From Antedon mediterranea (lineage: Eukaryota; Animalia; Echinodermata), in NCBI RefSeq assembly GCF_964355755.1, contig NC_092671.1, forward strand, positions 35,784,304 through 35,848,303: a DNA stretch of 64,000 nucleotides, given 5' to 3'. Numbering within the stretch: position 1 is the first letter of the stretch; each line of letters starts with the position of its first letter. Shown here in pieces: positions 45,460 to 61,200 of the stretch. The notes beneath the pieces were generated by a model that saw nothing but the letters and a program-made list of their open reading frames with translations, was not told the origin of the DNA and did not search any database. Made by a program: the position numbers and the translations under genes.

Positions 45460-46390
45460 ATACTGAAATATATTTGATGTTAAGATTATGCCAATCTTAC
45501 TTTATGGTAGCGAAATATGGGGTTTAAATGATATGTCAGTATTAGAGAAAGTTCATCTAAGATTCTGTAAATACATTCTAGGAATAGGTAATTCTGCACC
45601 AAGTGTTGCAGTGAGAGGAGAATGTGGAAGATTCACTATCCAAATTCAAATTATCATTAATATAATTCGTTATTGGCTTAGAGTAATCCAAATGGATAAT
45701 GACAAATTTATTAAACAATGTTATGATTTTCAATATAGAAAAGCTCAAAGAAATGAGCAATGTTGGGCCAATGACGTAAAACAAATACTATGCATAAATG
45801 GATTTGGTAACATATGGTACTCACAACAGGTTAATAATATATATACTTTTATTTCAAATTTTAAACAAAGGCTTACAGATATTGAACGACAGAAATTCTA
45901 CGAAGATACTAGGATACACTCTAAGCTTCAATATTACAAGCACGTTAAATATAAGTTTGGAATTGAAGAATATCTAACGAAAGTAACAAATTACAAACAT
46001 AGACAAATTATGACTAAGATACGACTAGGAATTTTAGAATTAGAAATTGAAAAAGGAAGATGGAATTGTATAAATAGAAATGAAAGATTATGCAAATTAT
46101 GTGCTTTACAATCAATTGAAGATGAATATCATTTCACTTTAGTTTGTCCATTTTATTCAGATATTAGAACTAAATATATGTTTTCCTTTTATACAAACAA
46201 CCCAACTAAATTAAAATATATTTATCTTATGTCTGCCACAAATACTGATCTTATTGTTAAACTTGGAAAATATTTATTTTTTTCATTTAAACGTAGAACA
46301 GAATTTTTAAACGCACTCAACTGATATTTATTTAATATTGTATTACATTGTATATTATTTGGGCCAAAGGCCATATATAATAAATGTTTC
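45460..46390 (+). mobile_element. 5'-truncated LINE 3' fragment (L2/Crack/Daphne-like)
   Basis: ORF 45488-46324 with PILLYGSEIWG, LEIEKGRW and CKLC...EDEYHFTLVCPFY, the post-RT region of non-LTR elements; AATAAA near 46379. Confidence 0.85.
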
Positions 46391-48755
46391 TTGGATCTCC
46401 AAGAAAGAATGAGAATGAGAAATTGTATTAGGGCTACTGAGCGGGCTACTGAGGTAAAATGTTACGTAACTTACCAGGTTTGAAATGACCATACAATTTA
46501 GCGCCCTCAATTAAGCCTATCGACCCATACTTGTTTTAGTGTACTGGTGGATGTGATTGAAAACAAAAACAAATGAGGGTCTATATAATTATGTTATTTT
46601 TATCTAAAGCTAAATACAAATTAACGTATACCGTGTAAACGCACGTTAGCGTTTCAATTCTTTTTAAAATAAATTTTGTCATGATTACCAAATGAGAAAC
46701 CATGTTTGTAGGTACGTAATATTTATATTACGAATAATTAGTGAAAAAAAACTAACACATATTTGTTTGTTATAGTTTAGGTAGGGAGGATACACCTCCA
46801 TGATTATAGACGCAAAACATGTTTGTTTCAGGTCAATTGTGTTGACTATTGCGGCTGGTACAGTGGTAGTGTCGAGGCTTTCTTTCTTTACATAACAATC
46901 ACGACTGTAAAAGAAATGTTTACGAGGCACTGTGTAAATACTGTGAGATATGCCCGACCACGGTGATATGTTGTTAGTTATGGACCTACATAGGTGCGGA
47001 AGCGTCTCATGATTTCTTCTATACTACTTTATACATTCAGGAGACATGGTCCCTCGGGGGTTTCATGCATGTTTGTACTGTACTCCATTCATAGACATAT
47101 CTATTACACACCTGAAAACATAATTCATCAAACATGTGCTGCCAATGATAATTTACTGTAAGATGAGGTTGAGGCGGGGGTTGAGGATCGGGACAATTTT
47201 AGGGAGAATCCCTGACATTGTCATGTCAAGACGTCAGTAAAGTACAATTAATTATCCAGATAATGATGACTTAAAACATAAAAACATATTAAATCTGTAG
47301 TGTATTTTGTTCTTAAGTGACAAATGAACTTTGATATAGGCCTGTATCGTAACTTTCTTTGAATATGCCAATTTACCCTCATGTACTGAACTTGGGGTCG
47401 AAAAGGTGAAAGTAATATTGCTGAGGTCAAGTTTGTACACATTTCCTTACCAACCACACTACGATCAGGAACACATCATAGGATATAAAAGGCCTATAAA
47501 CACTATACGGAGCATTTGGCGAACACCGGTCCTTCTCAACGGGACCACATTTTTCAAATATCTTTTAGATCGTGTGTCTACGAATCAATTTCACTCGCGG
47601 ATCGGATTGGATGTGAACAGGGAGAACACAGCTGGAGGTTGTGCTTGACTCATGTACTAAATTCGGACCTATAAGTAAAATGTGTGGGTGACTAAAAACC
47701 GCATCAGAAAGAGCACAACTTTGAGAATCAAACAAAGACTAGTAACGAAACGGAATCTTAGTAACAATTAGACTATAACAGTCATTGACGTGCTTGTAGG
47801 CCTATTGTTTTGGATATAACTATCTGGTTGTAGTCTACGTTATGGCAACGGTACGAAAGACACCCAGTGTTAGATGTGAGTACTGTAGTTTTATTTAATT
47901 CCTCCACATAGTCACTGGATTCTGAATTAACGCAAGTTTGATTTCTCTAGGCCTGGCCGACACAAAATTATTACCTTTCTGATACCGGATATTGCTTTTC
48001 CTCACGGGGAACACTTTTGTTTTTACTCTATACATATTCCATTTCTTGTTTCTTACCTTCGGTATATAATGGCTTCTGAAGTGATGAGCCCCTTGATTTG
48101 TAACGGCCACTAAATGTCACTTAAAATACTTCGTTATTAATGATTAATAGAAAGTGCATGTAGTACCTACACACATGGAGGTAAAAAATAATTATTATAC
48201 ACCTGTAGTCATCACTTGATAAAACCTGTTGAACGTTCCATATTGGGCCAATATTTATCGAATCATGCTAGACCTTACGGTACCTATCACAAAAATGTTT
48301 TTTTTTCGTAATAATAACGCGCCCAAGTCTATCATATGCAATGTAGTTTCACATATGGACTATACTATTAGGCATCACATGTGATACATATGTTACAGTG
48401 TAAACAGAATTTGCCTATAATACTGGAAGGATTATGCATGCATGATTTGCCTATGATACTTTGGCCAACTGAATGGCTGACATTAAGAATTAGTTTATTA
48501 TTATAATATCAGTATCTGCACGATATTTTTTTTTAAATGTTGTAAAAGTCAATATGCAAGTTAGGCTACCATTAGGATATACAACTTTCAATAGTCTTAT
48601 AATAATATTATTCGCGTATTTATTATCACTTTCGTCAGTGAAGCAATGACGAAAGAGGTCACATTATTAATGTCATTACAGTTGTTCCAAATGAAGTCCA
48701 GAACAAACTATATAGCCTACAACCACAACATCTACCACATGGACAACTACCCCCG

Positions 48756-49055
48756 GACGCGATATTTTGTTTCGTACATTATTTGGGACCCCTTATGTGA
48801 AAAATAGCCGAACTACTTCCTGAATATAACTAAAACTAACCCTCTAAATAATCTCTCTCTCATTATATAGTAAAAATAAGTTGTTGATGGAATTCGAACC
48901 CCATACATCGACATCTACAGTCCATAGTCTAATCCACTCGAATACACAGACGGCTTGACAGAAAGTGTTTGTATTAGCGAATTGACTAATGAATGTGACG
49001 TTTCATGAGTCATCCCCTCCCGGCCCCCACTTATGTACGAAAAGAAATATCTTCC
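48756..49055. mobile_element. Degenerate TIR element related to 28416-29362
   Basis: CCCCG|GACGCGATATTTTGTTTCGTACATTATTTGGGACCCC ... CCCCCACTTATGTACGAAAAGAAATATC then CCCCCGG. Confidence 0.7.
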
Positions 49056-50910
49056 CCCGGACAATCATAATTTTATTTGAACAATAGAGGTGGCATATTG
49101 TTAATGTTCCTCATACGTGACCTGATGAACGTCGTCGCCAAAGAATGATTATTATTTTAACATAGGCCTACGCCTACTTATGGTCAAATTTCGTTTCCGC
49201 TGTTATACGATAAGTTGATAGTGAAAGAAAAAAAAATGAATGAGTTTTATTTAGCTCACTGTTTTATCAACTTAAGAAGCGTCACTCAGTGGCGTAACGA
49301 CTATAAGCGCTCACTGGGGCTCCGGATCTTATGGGCCCCTGAGTAGTTTCCCAGAGGGAAAAACAGACATTAGAATATGTCTAAAGGGTTGGAGGGCTAC
49401 TTAAACCAGGGGCCACTGGCGTTACTATTTAGGCCTACATCAGGCCAACAAAATATATAGGCATAATGTCGTCGGTAGCTTTGATAGGAGACTGTTTGTT
49501 GGACCTTCTGTATACAACGGATGCGTTTCGGTCAATTTATAATGGGCTAATAGTCTTTCCATGTTTTGCGTCATAGAAACTCAATAAACATCAATATCTA
49601 AAATGATACAAGATATTTATAATGCAGAGAGATATCAGCTTACCTGATATCAACCGTTGACCATTTATCTTTTTAATGACCACATCTCGATATTTTTTTT
49701 AATCGGTCATATCGTTAATGCTATAATTCGTAAGGTACAATCGATTTAACTTGTTATACGCTGTTGCTATTTATTATGTACATTTTGTTTTATTGTACAA
49801 TGTTTTTTTCTGTTCCCTTTTTTCTGTTTATCAGTCTTCAGTGAGTAGGCATTTTACGTGAAAACGTTTGCCAACCGATGAGAAATTGTTTTGGTATTCT
49901 TTAGGGAATGCTTGTGTTTAAGAAGTAGCATACTATGTAATGCCAGATCCACACAATGTGTTGCTTAATCTATTCTATATCACATTTCATTGGTTTATCA
50001 TGCGCTATATGGGTAGCGGCCTATTTACCATGTGAACAGGCGGCTCGCATTTGACTACTAACTCACGTGCCCGATCTTTCGTAAAATCACCCGATTCTCT
50101 GTACTGTATCTCTAGATATGGCATTTCTGTGTAGTATCATATTTTAAGTAAATAATTTTATGTAGGTTTAGCCTTATGACCTATGACTGTCACATGTGAT
50201 ACATATGTGACACTGTGTTACAGAAAATAGGCTACTTGATACTGAACAAATATAGATACAGTATTTCATTGGGGTTTTGCTTCTGGAAGCAAGAGCGAGC
50301 TCCCGCGTTCCTCGGTATAACAATGATAACTTGTAGTTTCCGTCACCAATTGTAACCTTACCACCAACCTTACTAGATTTAGGTAGGCCTACAGTAGGTC
50401 TAGTTATGATATAGGCTAAATTTACCTCGATTTCTTCAAGGGAAATACGGTTCTTACGTCTTACATTCTCAGGGACACCCATTGTACTGCACTACATGCT
50501 AGGCCTAATTAATGCAATTAATTATTTAGACTAATTCCACTTACAATAAAAACACCAACAGCATTTTTACTGATTCAATGTCATTGACCTAGTAGCTTTT
50601 TTGTAAATAAATATTCAATTCCGGTAATTGTGACTACCGGTAACGACTTCCAATGAATGACATTGGAATTAGGACTTTTATCGTTTTGTTTACGCTTACA
50701 ATTATTGTAAACATACTAATGTTAACGTCAGACGGATGATAATTATATTATGTATACAATTGCCCGATAGCATGTTACATGAATAATCGGACCATGGTAC
50801 GGAATAATCAAGAAAATTTACCGCAAAGAAACTTGGAAAAGGATGTAAGCGCACTGCAACTATTGACAAATCATGTCGCGATGGAGGCTCATCCGAACTT
50901 TCACTTTTTA

Positions 50911-51019
<109 letters not shown>

Positions 51020-51029
51020 GGTATATATA

Positions 51030-51415
51030 AATGTATTCAGGTAATTTTAATATTTATTTGTATTAGGTGCATACCGTTTCACATGAGGTAAATAAACAAC
51101 AAATAATGATAATACCTTTATGAATTTTAGTTACGGAAGTACTCGGTAGGCGGTCCATTCAATCATCAAAGATTGAGAATTTCCCACCAAGTTTATAAGT
51201 CTTATTATATCAAGTGGAAAAGGCAATTTGTCTAGGTCTATATAGTATAGTATAATATATATAAATTTATTCAGGCAATTTTAATTTGTATTTTCATACA
51301 TTTCAGGTAAGGGGTAATGAGGTAAATAAACAATAGCGTAACATAATAATGATAATACCTTTATGAATTTTAGTTATGGAAGTACTCGGTAGGCGGTCCT
51401 TGTAATCAGCAAGAT
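51030..51415. repeat. Diverged local duplication, period ~245 bp
   Basis: ATAATGATAATACCTTTATGAATTTTAGTTAYGGAAGTACTCGGTAGGCGGTCC at ~51103 and ~51345. Confidence 0.8.
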
Positions 51416-52295
51416 AAATCGTTCAAAATTTGAATAATCACACTTACTATTGTAAGTGCAATGTGTACTAAGCCCTTATATATCGATGGTTAGAGCATTT
51501 ATAGTTCATAACTCGCGATAAGTGATGTACTTGGAAGCGAACCAGTGAATATAGATACTATTTTTTATCACGGCGATAGCATTATTCAGACACTGATTCC
51601 ATATTTGGTTAGGGAAAATAATTGTTCATATTTAAACCCAACCTTTCTACAGATAGTAAGTTTTTTATATTTATTATTTATGTTATAAAACCTGAAAAAG
51701 TATGTTGAGTGTATCTTGAGATTGAAATTTTATACCCATATATGGAATTTTAATGAAAAGAAACACATTTTATTGTCGACGAAATATAAGATTGCAGACA
51801 AGCGAAAGTTCAAGACGTAAAACCTACCAATAGACTATGCTAAATAGTACATCTTGAGGTTTTCCATTTTCAATTGTCGTTGAGGTGGTCTGTCCGAACT
51901 TTCGCTTTGAATATGCAAAAAAATGTTTATTTAGATTTTTTTTGTGGATATGATCGTATCTACTGATTGTTTTTACTGTGATCCCCAAGTGGAATATGTT
52001 TGATTATGTCCTGTAGGAGACTTGAAATAGTTGTGTCAACCCGGCGAATGTAGTGTAGGTCTTTTTGCAGACAAACGGATTTATATTACTTTAGTTTATT
52101 GGATAATAATGATGCCTCTTGTCATAGAATATTAAAATCTCATATACACGAATGAGTAATCTTTTGGGAGAAACCACTAGCTCAAAAGAAAGATATGATC
52201 AATCGATGTTAATTAAAAACAACAAATGTTTTATTTGAGCAGTTATTCGTTTGTATCGCAGACGATAAGACTGTTGTAGAGTCCCAGTTTAAACC

Positions 52296-55200
52296 ATGGA
52301 TGTTGAGTGCGATGACCAAGTCAATAGTAAACAGCCTATAAGCCTGAAAATGGCTATGGCTTCTCTCGGAATTAACAAATCTGTTCGGCCTAAACGAAAT
52401 GTTAGCTTCCGAACCGATTTAGAAGAACCTTCCATGTCTGATATTCCTAAAGAAAAATCTACTGGAAGTAAAAAAGTTTCATTTGATGATCATATATCGT
52501 TTGATTTATCCCCAGTTAAAGATGATGTAGAAGGAAGCGATGATGTGGTATCAGAGCAGGTGAACGGAGGAGAAGATATTGCACCGAGTCACCGGAATGA
52601 AAACAACAACAGAGACGTCGTAGCGAGGGATTCTTCATTTCGTAAATTCAGTAGAAGTTTCAAAAGGCAGAGCTCAAAACACATGGCGAGATTAAATAGC
52701 AGATCGTCAGCTGGTGACGACGATCTAGCGATAGTTAATGAGGAGGAAAACAGTGATGATGAGAGTGAAGATGATATTGAAGATGATCCAGAAAAGATGA
52801 TGAGATATGTTGACGAAAGTGTCATAGGTAAAGATGCCTCTTTCATTGGGCCCTATGGCGAAAGAAAAGGTATGTTTGTAGTATTTGACTTGGTCCATTC
52901 ATAAATTATATTTACTATAGTTTACTAATAATAATATGGTTGATGGAATTTTCGTTTGGGAAATTGAATCAATAGATTTTATAGTTACAGTAAAGCATTT
53001 TTTTTTTGGGAATAATACAATTACATTAATGTTATTTAACAAGGCCATATCCATGGCTGCAGTCGCGTGTGCAAATTTGATTTAGTGTTTACCGACCGAC
53101 CAACCGACATAGTGAGCTGTAGAGTCGTGTTTGCACGCGATTAAAAAGCGGACATTGAAGTTTTTAACTTTCTTTTATAATCAACCAGATAGCTTACTCA
53201 TTTTTTACGATAGATGAACTTTAGCATTATATGTTCCATTATTGTATAACAACAACATTTGTATTTAAACTAGTCTCAATTTCTTTGAAGTCTGCGTCGC
53301 GCATGGTACAGATATGCTTCAAACTCCAATTATATACTGCATTGTCTCATTCTGACAATCGTATCATATTTTTAAATCTCTATAACAGTTCCGTATATTG
53401 TATAACAACGTCATCATTAGTTTGTTATCACCCGTCGTTAAAGAGACATATATTGTAAATAAAACGGCATACATTGTTAACATTAAAGATGTATTGTCCC
53501 TTGAAACACAAAAAATGAAAACAAAAATATTCTAAATTTAAATTGGCCATATCAAAGTAATATTAAAGTTATTCACTTTAAGTCGAAAATTCGAGCCAAA
53601 AACAACAGTTTACGTAATTAACAGGTAAATTAATTAGATTACATTTTGTCTGAGAAATCGTCGCAAGCGAAAGTAAACAAAGATTTCAAACCATGAGTAT
53701 GCATTATGCATGATGCTAATTAGGATTGTTTACAACTCATCACGGTTGAGAAGGTGTTTTCACACAGATTGCGAGGAAGTTTTATGATTATGCATACAGA
53801 GTAGCCAAACAAGCGCATTGCATTATGGGATATGTTTTGATTGAAAACTTTGACTGGAAGTCAAAGTTATTCTTTGAACAAAAAAACATCTGTATTTCGG
53901 TTAAATTATTTTTTTTTGGACTAATTTTTGGTGAAAGTTAATAACTATTATGATACTTCAAAATTACCCACTTTTTTCGAAATTAAAAAAAAAATTGGGG
54001 GGGGGGGGGGGAATTAGTCAAAGAGACTTCAGTCGTATCAAAACAAATCATGTTGTGTGTAGGTATACCATAATATTTAGCTTTCTATTTGTTTTGTTTT
54101 AATGTCAATAATATGTTGTTGATCTCGGCCGCCAATTGTTAGTAATAATAATGTTGTCAGATGTAATTATTTATATTAGGCCTACACCTATTGGTTTCCA
54201 TTCTCACAAGTCGGCATTGATTAGTGACATTACAAATATTGTTTTGTTACATCATCATGAACATAAATGAACATAATTGAAGATGTAGGCCTATTGTCCC
54301 TAAAAAAACATGACAAATGAAGGTTAATAAAATCAGACTTTAAATAGACCATTTTGCAGTTATTCATTTCTGTAAAAAAAAAACATTTCACTTATAAACA
54401 GACAAAAGAAACAGTTAATTTTAACCAAAAACCATTGTCTGACAGACAATTTAAGTATTTGTTGCATTAAATTACATTTTTCAGGTAAATATTGTTTTTT
54501 TCGATACAGTTTTTGGTGAAAGGGAATAACTATTAGGTGATATTAAAATGGCATATTTAACAACAAATTTGGAAAATAAATTTTTAGGGGGATAATATAT
54601 CTTTAAGTAATTTCATCATTTCATAATGCACACGGACATTACTGTTGTTTTAAAGTTATTTATGTTTTATTTTACAGTGACTTATTGTGATTATACAGCT
54701 TCCGGCAGGTTAGTTGTTTTTCATATTGAAAATTAAAAATCTCATTAAAATTCAAATGTTGATTAGGTATGGTGTTTTTTTGGAGAAATAAAGAAAATAT
54801 TCACCCACTGTGGTACGGTCTTCACATGAACTATCATTTATAATTATTACAGTATATTTGAAACATGGGAAATACCGGTAAGTTTAGGCCCACAATTTAT
54901 TCAGCTAAAATCCCATTATATATTACAATCAACGTTGCTGTAAATAAGTGTACAGTACTGTAATAGCAATTTTAAGTGCTTAGCTTAGACAGACAGCAGG
55001 ATATTCTGTTTAGTAAGCTTTTATAAATTATGTGAAGTGATTAGTGATTCTTAGGAAATCAAATCAGGTGCTAATTTCACCAACATTGGTATTCAATGTT
55101 GGCCTAGTGATTTGTTGAGTCATAAACATTTCACGTTTTCTTTATAATATAATGTTACATTTTTATAGAATATTGTAATCTTGTAAATGATCTCCCAATA

Positions 55201-58200
55201 CTAGATTTTCCATCAATAAAGAAACGTCACATTTTTATTTGTGTGTAACAAATCCATGTCCATTTATATGGTTTTTGTAAAAATATTTGAAACTAAATAG
55301 GCCTATGTGAAAGTTTTCATTCATTCATACACATTTATTCATTTATTTGACAATAACGTTTTTTTCACAACCAGACCACTCAAATTCATCGAGGATTACA
55401 TCACAGAACATGTGCAACCATTATATGCCAATACGCACACAACAACAAGCGTGATGGCAAAGCAGACGACAAAATTTCGAGAAGAAGCGCGTGACATCAT
55501 CAAAAAGTGCGTAAACGCAAGTGAGGAGGACATGTGCATTTTCACGGGCAGTGGCACAACAGGTGCTATTCACAAATTGGTCTCAGCTATTGACCTAAAA
55601 AATAAAGCTAAAAAGGCGGTAAGTACAACTACTTAATTGATTTCAAGAGTTGGCAACTTCACATTCCATGCATAAATGATTGAAATTTCTATTATTGGAT
55701 GTAAATCTATGCTAATGTGTACATGAAACATTTTTTTTGTGGGAATACCAATGCTTTTACGGTTTGAGAAATCCCACTATAATACTGTATTTTTATAACG
55801 TTGTAACTTCCTGATATAAAGTTTTCTACATTCTTTTCTTTGTTACAGGTAGTGTTTGTTGGACCATACGAACATCATAGTAACCTTCTTCCTTGGAAAG
55901 AATCTGGAGCAAAGGTAACGGCACAAACATCAATTAATACTACTGCTCATTTCCATTTTCCTAAAAACTTACAAAGAATGAAAGATAACCCTCCTATGTA
56001 TAGTGCAAGCAGGCCTACAGAAATTATGCGTTTGTTTTAATAGAGCTTGCAAAAAATAATAATTTTATTTATTCATTTATTCATTTCCCAACCAACAGTG
56101 AGCTCATGGTTCACCACTTACAGGAGGGAACAACAATAATCTTGTTTCTAATTTACAGGTAATACGTATTAAGGACACTGCTAGAGGAACTCTGGATCTG
56201 GAACATCTAAAACAAAATCTTAAGGTGAGACATGGCTGTACCAAGCTTCGACCTACCAATAGTTTAAGAACTTTATTAATTATTGCTAAACTAATAAATT
56301 TACAGATACATAATATACAATAAAAATATTAAAATCTCAACAATAATGGTATTATATAAAGATTCCCAGAAATGAATTGAGAAAGAGATTTTCAAATCTC
56401 CTTATGCAACCAAAAGCATGCCAACACAACTTCAGAAACAATAGTAAATAATATATCGTAATTCCAATTATTATTATCTATAGGTCCTAATTGCAATTCA
56501 AGATTATAATCCTGTAATATTAAGTGATCACACCTTGGTTATGAATTAAACTTAAAATCACCAAACTTTATTGATAGGTAAAGGTGTTTATTGCATTGTA
56601 TTTGTAAAGTATCATCTTGAAATGTTAAACAATAAATACTTTTTAAAGGATCATTTTTCTAATCTTATAATTTAATACTACTTAGCTTGTTTCAATGCCA
56701 ACAAAAGTTCATATAAAGGTCATCTTTAATATTCCGTGACAATGTTTTACAATTTCTAACACAATAACTTCTTTCTTATCTTACTCATGGTACTTAATTT
56801 ATATAACGAATAACGAATAATCTATACACAAAATACTAAATCACTTTAAGTGACACTAGACTATAATTCATACATGATTAGACAAAATTTCAAGGCATTT
56901 GAGGGCTAAAACTCCTTCCTAATATAAAACTTCAGTAAAAATATCTATTCAAAGCATAAGGAGCAAAGTGTTATGATATTGGGTCAAGTACGTGTCCATC
57001 AATTGGATCACATTATATCACGATGAATCAATATGATTACGTAAAAACAATATTATTTTATTGTATTAAATCATAGTCAATAGAAAGTTATGAAAATGAT
57101 GACGTTTGTCCATTTTTTACAAATACGATTTGATCTTTTGCGGTTACTAACAAGTATTATCTGGTGTTTTTATTCAGAGATATAAGAAGAAGGGGCGTTT
57201 TATGATGGGTTGTTTTTCGGCAGCATCAAATGTGACTGGAATTCTTACAGACACGTTGGACGTTGCATCGCTTTTACATGAGTATGGTGCTCTATCATGT
57301 TGGGACTACGCAACCGCAGGTATTTTAATGTTTCTTAATAAATAGAATTGTAATAAAAAAAACCTACTTCCAAAACAAGTTACGCATATTTGTACGGTAA
57401 TAAACAAACAAAAACAAACAAATAAGTTACCGCAACAACTTAGTCTAGTCATTTGCCATTATGTCATTTATAAACAACAACGAATTCACCCACACATGAC
57501 TTGTAACGTGTCATACGTACGAAGTAATACAACAACAAAGAACTGAGGCGCATTTTTATAATTTCATTTTGAAATATGTAGTATAATCATGGCTAGATTA
57601 TTTTAGATTCGACCATACTTAGTCGGTGGTTGTATCAATGTTTATTTTACCGTTGTAACCAATCACGCTTGATTACCTCACTCAAGGCACTCCTCTGTTA
57701 GCAAAATAATACACATACTGAAAACATTCTGATTTTTTTCGTTGTAAATGGGTACTTACAGAACATGCCTATTGAAAATTGTTTCATTAATAACTTCACA
57801 AATAACAAAAAAGAAAAATGTGTATTCTTTTACATGCCACTCTGTGGTAATATCTTGTACTTCACTCAGTTTCTGAGTGTTTTTATTTACTATATTTAAA
57901 ACTGTAGGCCTATACATAAGATTCAGATTCAAATAGATATAGTATAGTAAAAATAGTTTATACTACTGAATAATTATAATTAGAAGCTATTGTCTGTATA
58001 AAATAGTAGGTATACAATAGGCCTACTCAAAATAATTTGTATTTTGAAGTACATTTAGGCCTATTTCTAGAACAGAAAAAATTGTGTATGGGATTATGAC
58101 ACTAATTTATGGCGGCCCTAGTAAAGTATCTAAGTTGAACTTGGACCTTGAAGTCAATATTTACAGTTACTAACATTATTTCTATATAGATTCGACTCTC

Positions 58201-61200
58201 GTTTGACTTTCATATCATGTACATGGGACACTGGTGGAAACTTAGCTTCTTTCTATATATATTAATTTCCAACGCAATAAAATCATGAAAACACACCTGA
58301 TGATAAAAAAGGCACTTCATATCAAACGTTCTCAGTGTGAACAAAGTTCATTTTTTACGATCCAGTAATTTTTACTCTTTTGATCACCAAGTAGTAACAA
58401 TAAACCATTTAAAGCAAATAATTAAGGCTAAGCAAATTTGGTATTCGTAATAATTATTTTCAATTGCGGAAGTTCAACAAACTATAATAATACACTCCGC
58501 AGCTTTGTATGTCCAGGCAATTCAAGGAAGAGTGAATGACGTCATATAAATGTTATTATTTTTATGACGTCAATTTGTATTCATTATTATCAACACAATT
58601 ACCCTTTGTGTATTCCCCCAGTGTATTAGACAATACCTAGTAGTGTTTATTATTCCTTTCTTCTTATTCATAACTCAAAACTGTGTGTAATGATTATTTT
58701 AATTGTTATTTTAGCTCCGTACGTGAAAATTGATATGAACCCAGTTCCAGACGTAGACAGGTAAGTAGTATGAAATGAATCCAGCTTATCTATAGCCTAA
58801 TGTTTCTTTATAAAGCGTCCTCCAAAGCTCCGTCTACACTAGTTTGACCAAAAAAGTGTGATGTTCCCAAAAATGGTAGTGATATGCCCAAAAAAGGTAG
58901 TGATATGCCCAAAAATGGTAGTGATATGCCCAAATATGGTAGTGATATGCCCAAATATGGTAGTGATATGCCCAAATATGGTAGTGATATGCCCAAATAT
59001 GAATGTGAACGTGAACATATTCATGTTTATAATAAGTAGTAATCCCTAGCTCGGATATGTTTCGTTGACTGTCTGAGAACAACCGGGATATGTTTTTCGG
59101 ACGCTGCGATGGTCACGCGTACGTTTCACGATGGAACCCGTGACGCTGCTGAGTCAGCAGAGAGACCACATCAACAGCTGCTACGTTTACATTTTGAAAG
59201 CCAACTTGTATTTTCACATTATTATTAAAATACTGAAATTCCCCGAATGATCGAACATCAAAATTGTACTGCTAAATAATCAATAGCGTACGGAATATTT
59301 ATTTTCCCCGGAATCGGGATAAGTTTTGGTTAGCAGCTGTGTATAATATTGATATTGTTTCTTTTATTTCGTTCATGCTAAAACAAATTGTTGTAGTAAA
59401 TAGCAAAGAATTAACTGGTCATTCACTGAAGGACAATAAACTTTAGAGAAAACCGTGCCCATTGGTTTTATTCAAACTTTCGAGAAAAAGGGAAGTAGTT
59501 GGGCCATAACAACAACCAATTTAAAAATACCAATACTGTAATTGTGTGATTGTGTTGACGTTGTCAATCAAAATTGAATATATACACCAAACTAATTCAT
59601 AAATTCAGAGAAGAGTGAATTTTGATTTAAACCGATTATTCATTTTACTTCATTATTTATTGTGTAGAAGAATACAACAATCCCTCACTTTAAAAACATA
59701 ATACTAATTGACTTATAATTAATTCTTTAACTAAAACTAAGTTATATGCATACATTAAAAAGCATGCAGTTTAGGATTGTTTTAAAGTTCAATAAATATA
59801 TTTAGGTAGCGTTAAACTTAGGCTATGTTTCATTCTGGAGTTTTCGCTAAGCTACAATAACTCTTGATTGAACTACGTTGAGTAACCAGCGAAAGCGGGG
59901 AGAATAAGACAAGGATACGAGGATAAAAAGAAAAACATCCTTAACAAAAGCAAAGTGCATTTATTCAGATCACAATTATTACAGTAGGCTAACATTATAC
60001 GGTATTTTATAGTTTGCACACTAATGATTTGTTCCACTGTATTATCTTTTCTTCAGTGTTACACCTCAAGATTTTTCAAAAGACGCAGTATACCTTTCTC
60101 CGCATAAGTTTGTAGGTGGACCAGGCACACCAGGTAAACCATTGTATAATGTTCGCCTCTTGTGAGAGGAAGGCGCTTAACTAAGCTAGAGACCGGTTGT
60201 GATTCGTTGCTATATCATTAGATGACATGGAGGCCTATTTCTTAAAGTTTCGTTGCTGTTTATCATGAGTAACATGTATTAGGCCTACTTAATGGCTGTA
60301 CTCTTTATTGAGAACACAATTAAATTTACCTGTAATAAATATTGGCATGGTTTATTTTCTTTACTAGGTCTTCTAATAGCAAAGAAAAAGCTGTTTATGA
60401 GCAAGACGCCAGGAACGGTTGGAGGTGGAACAGTTGCTTACGTAAGTAACAACTTTAAGCCTAAACATGATTTTGATATAGATACATTTGTAGCCTATTC
60501 AATAGCTGGTGTACAACTTCTAGTCTTATTATTTCAAACTCTTACTTTAGGTAACTCGTGAAACACATCACTATGTTAAAAACATTGAAGAGAGAGAGGA
60601 AGGCGGAACACCTGCAATTTTAGAGTCTATTCGCGCTGGTTTGACATTCCAAGTAAAAGAGGTACAGTTTGACATTTCAGTTTCTTTAGAAAACTTCGTA
60701 CAGTTTTTGAGTTGAAGACAAAAAAGCTTCATTGACTTGTTGTGTTTCAAGTACAAGTTTAAAACATTATTAAGATTGTTTCCACACATATACATTTATT
60801 GTGTTGCTATACAATAAGATAATGGTAATTCAGGAAGTCATATTTTACTTCCATTACAAAATCATCACTGATGTCCGATCATATTACACGATATCAGCAA
60901 TTAAGGAAACCTTATCATTCCGAACGTGTCTATCGATGTAAATAAACAAAAGTGTCCGTATTCATTTTTGTTTTGTTCTAGTTTAAAGATACTATTTCAA
61001 CATGTTTGCTTCGCTTATTTAAAATGAAAGTAAATTATTGACTCATCTTGTGATTGAATCCAAATTTCACTGTCATCCATGAAGCTCTGTCTACACTGTC
61101 AAACTTGACAATAAAGTGATGTGCCTATATATGGGCACATCAATCTATTTTAATAGTGTAGACAGAGCTTTAGAACAACTGATCACGTCGATGTATTCCA

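Noticed and set aside
48885-48960. tRNA-like GGAATTCGAACCC segment
   Set aside because: Only a B-box-like motif inside a TIR element; no cloverleaf could be built.
49288-49428. Possible hAT MITE starting CAGTGGCGTAAC
   Set aside because: Right end too degenerate and no 8-bp TSD found.
58808-59082. CRISPR-like regular repeats and repeat-protein ORFs
   Set aside because: Head-to-tail 21-mers without spacers, inside a MITE in a eukaryotic intron; no cas genes.
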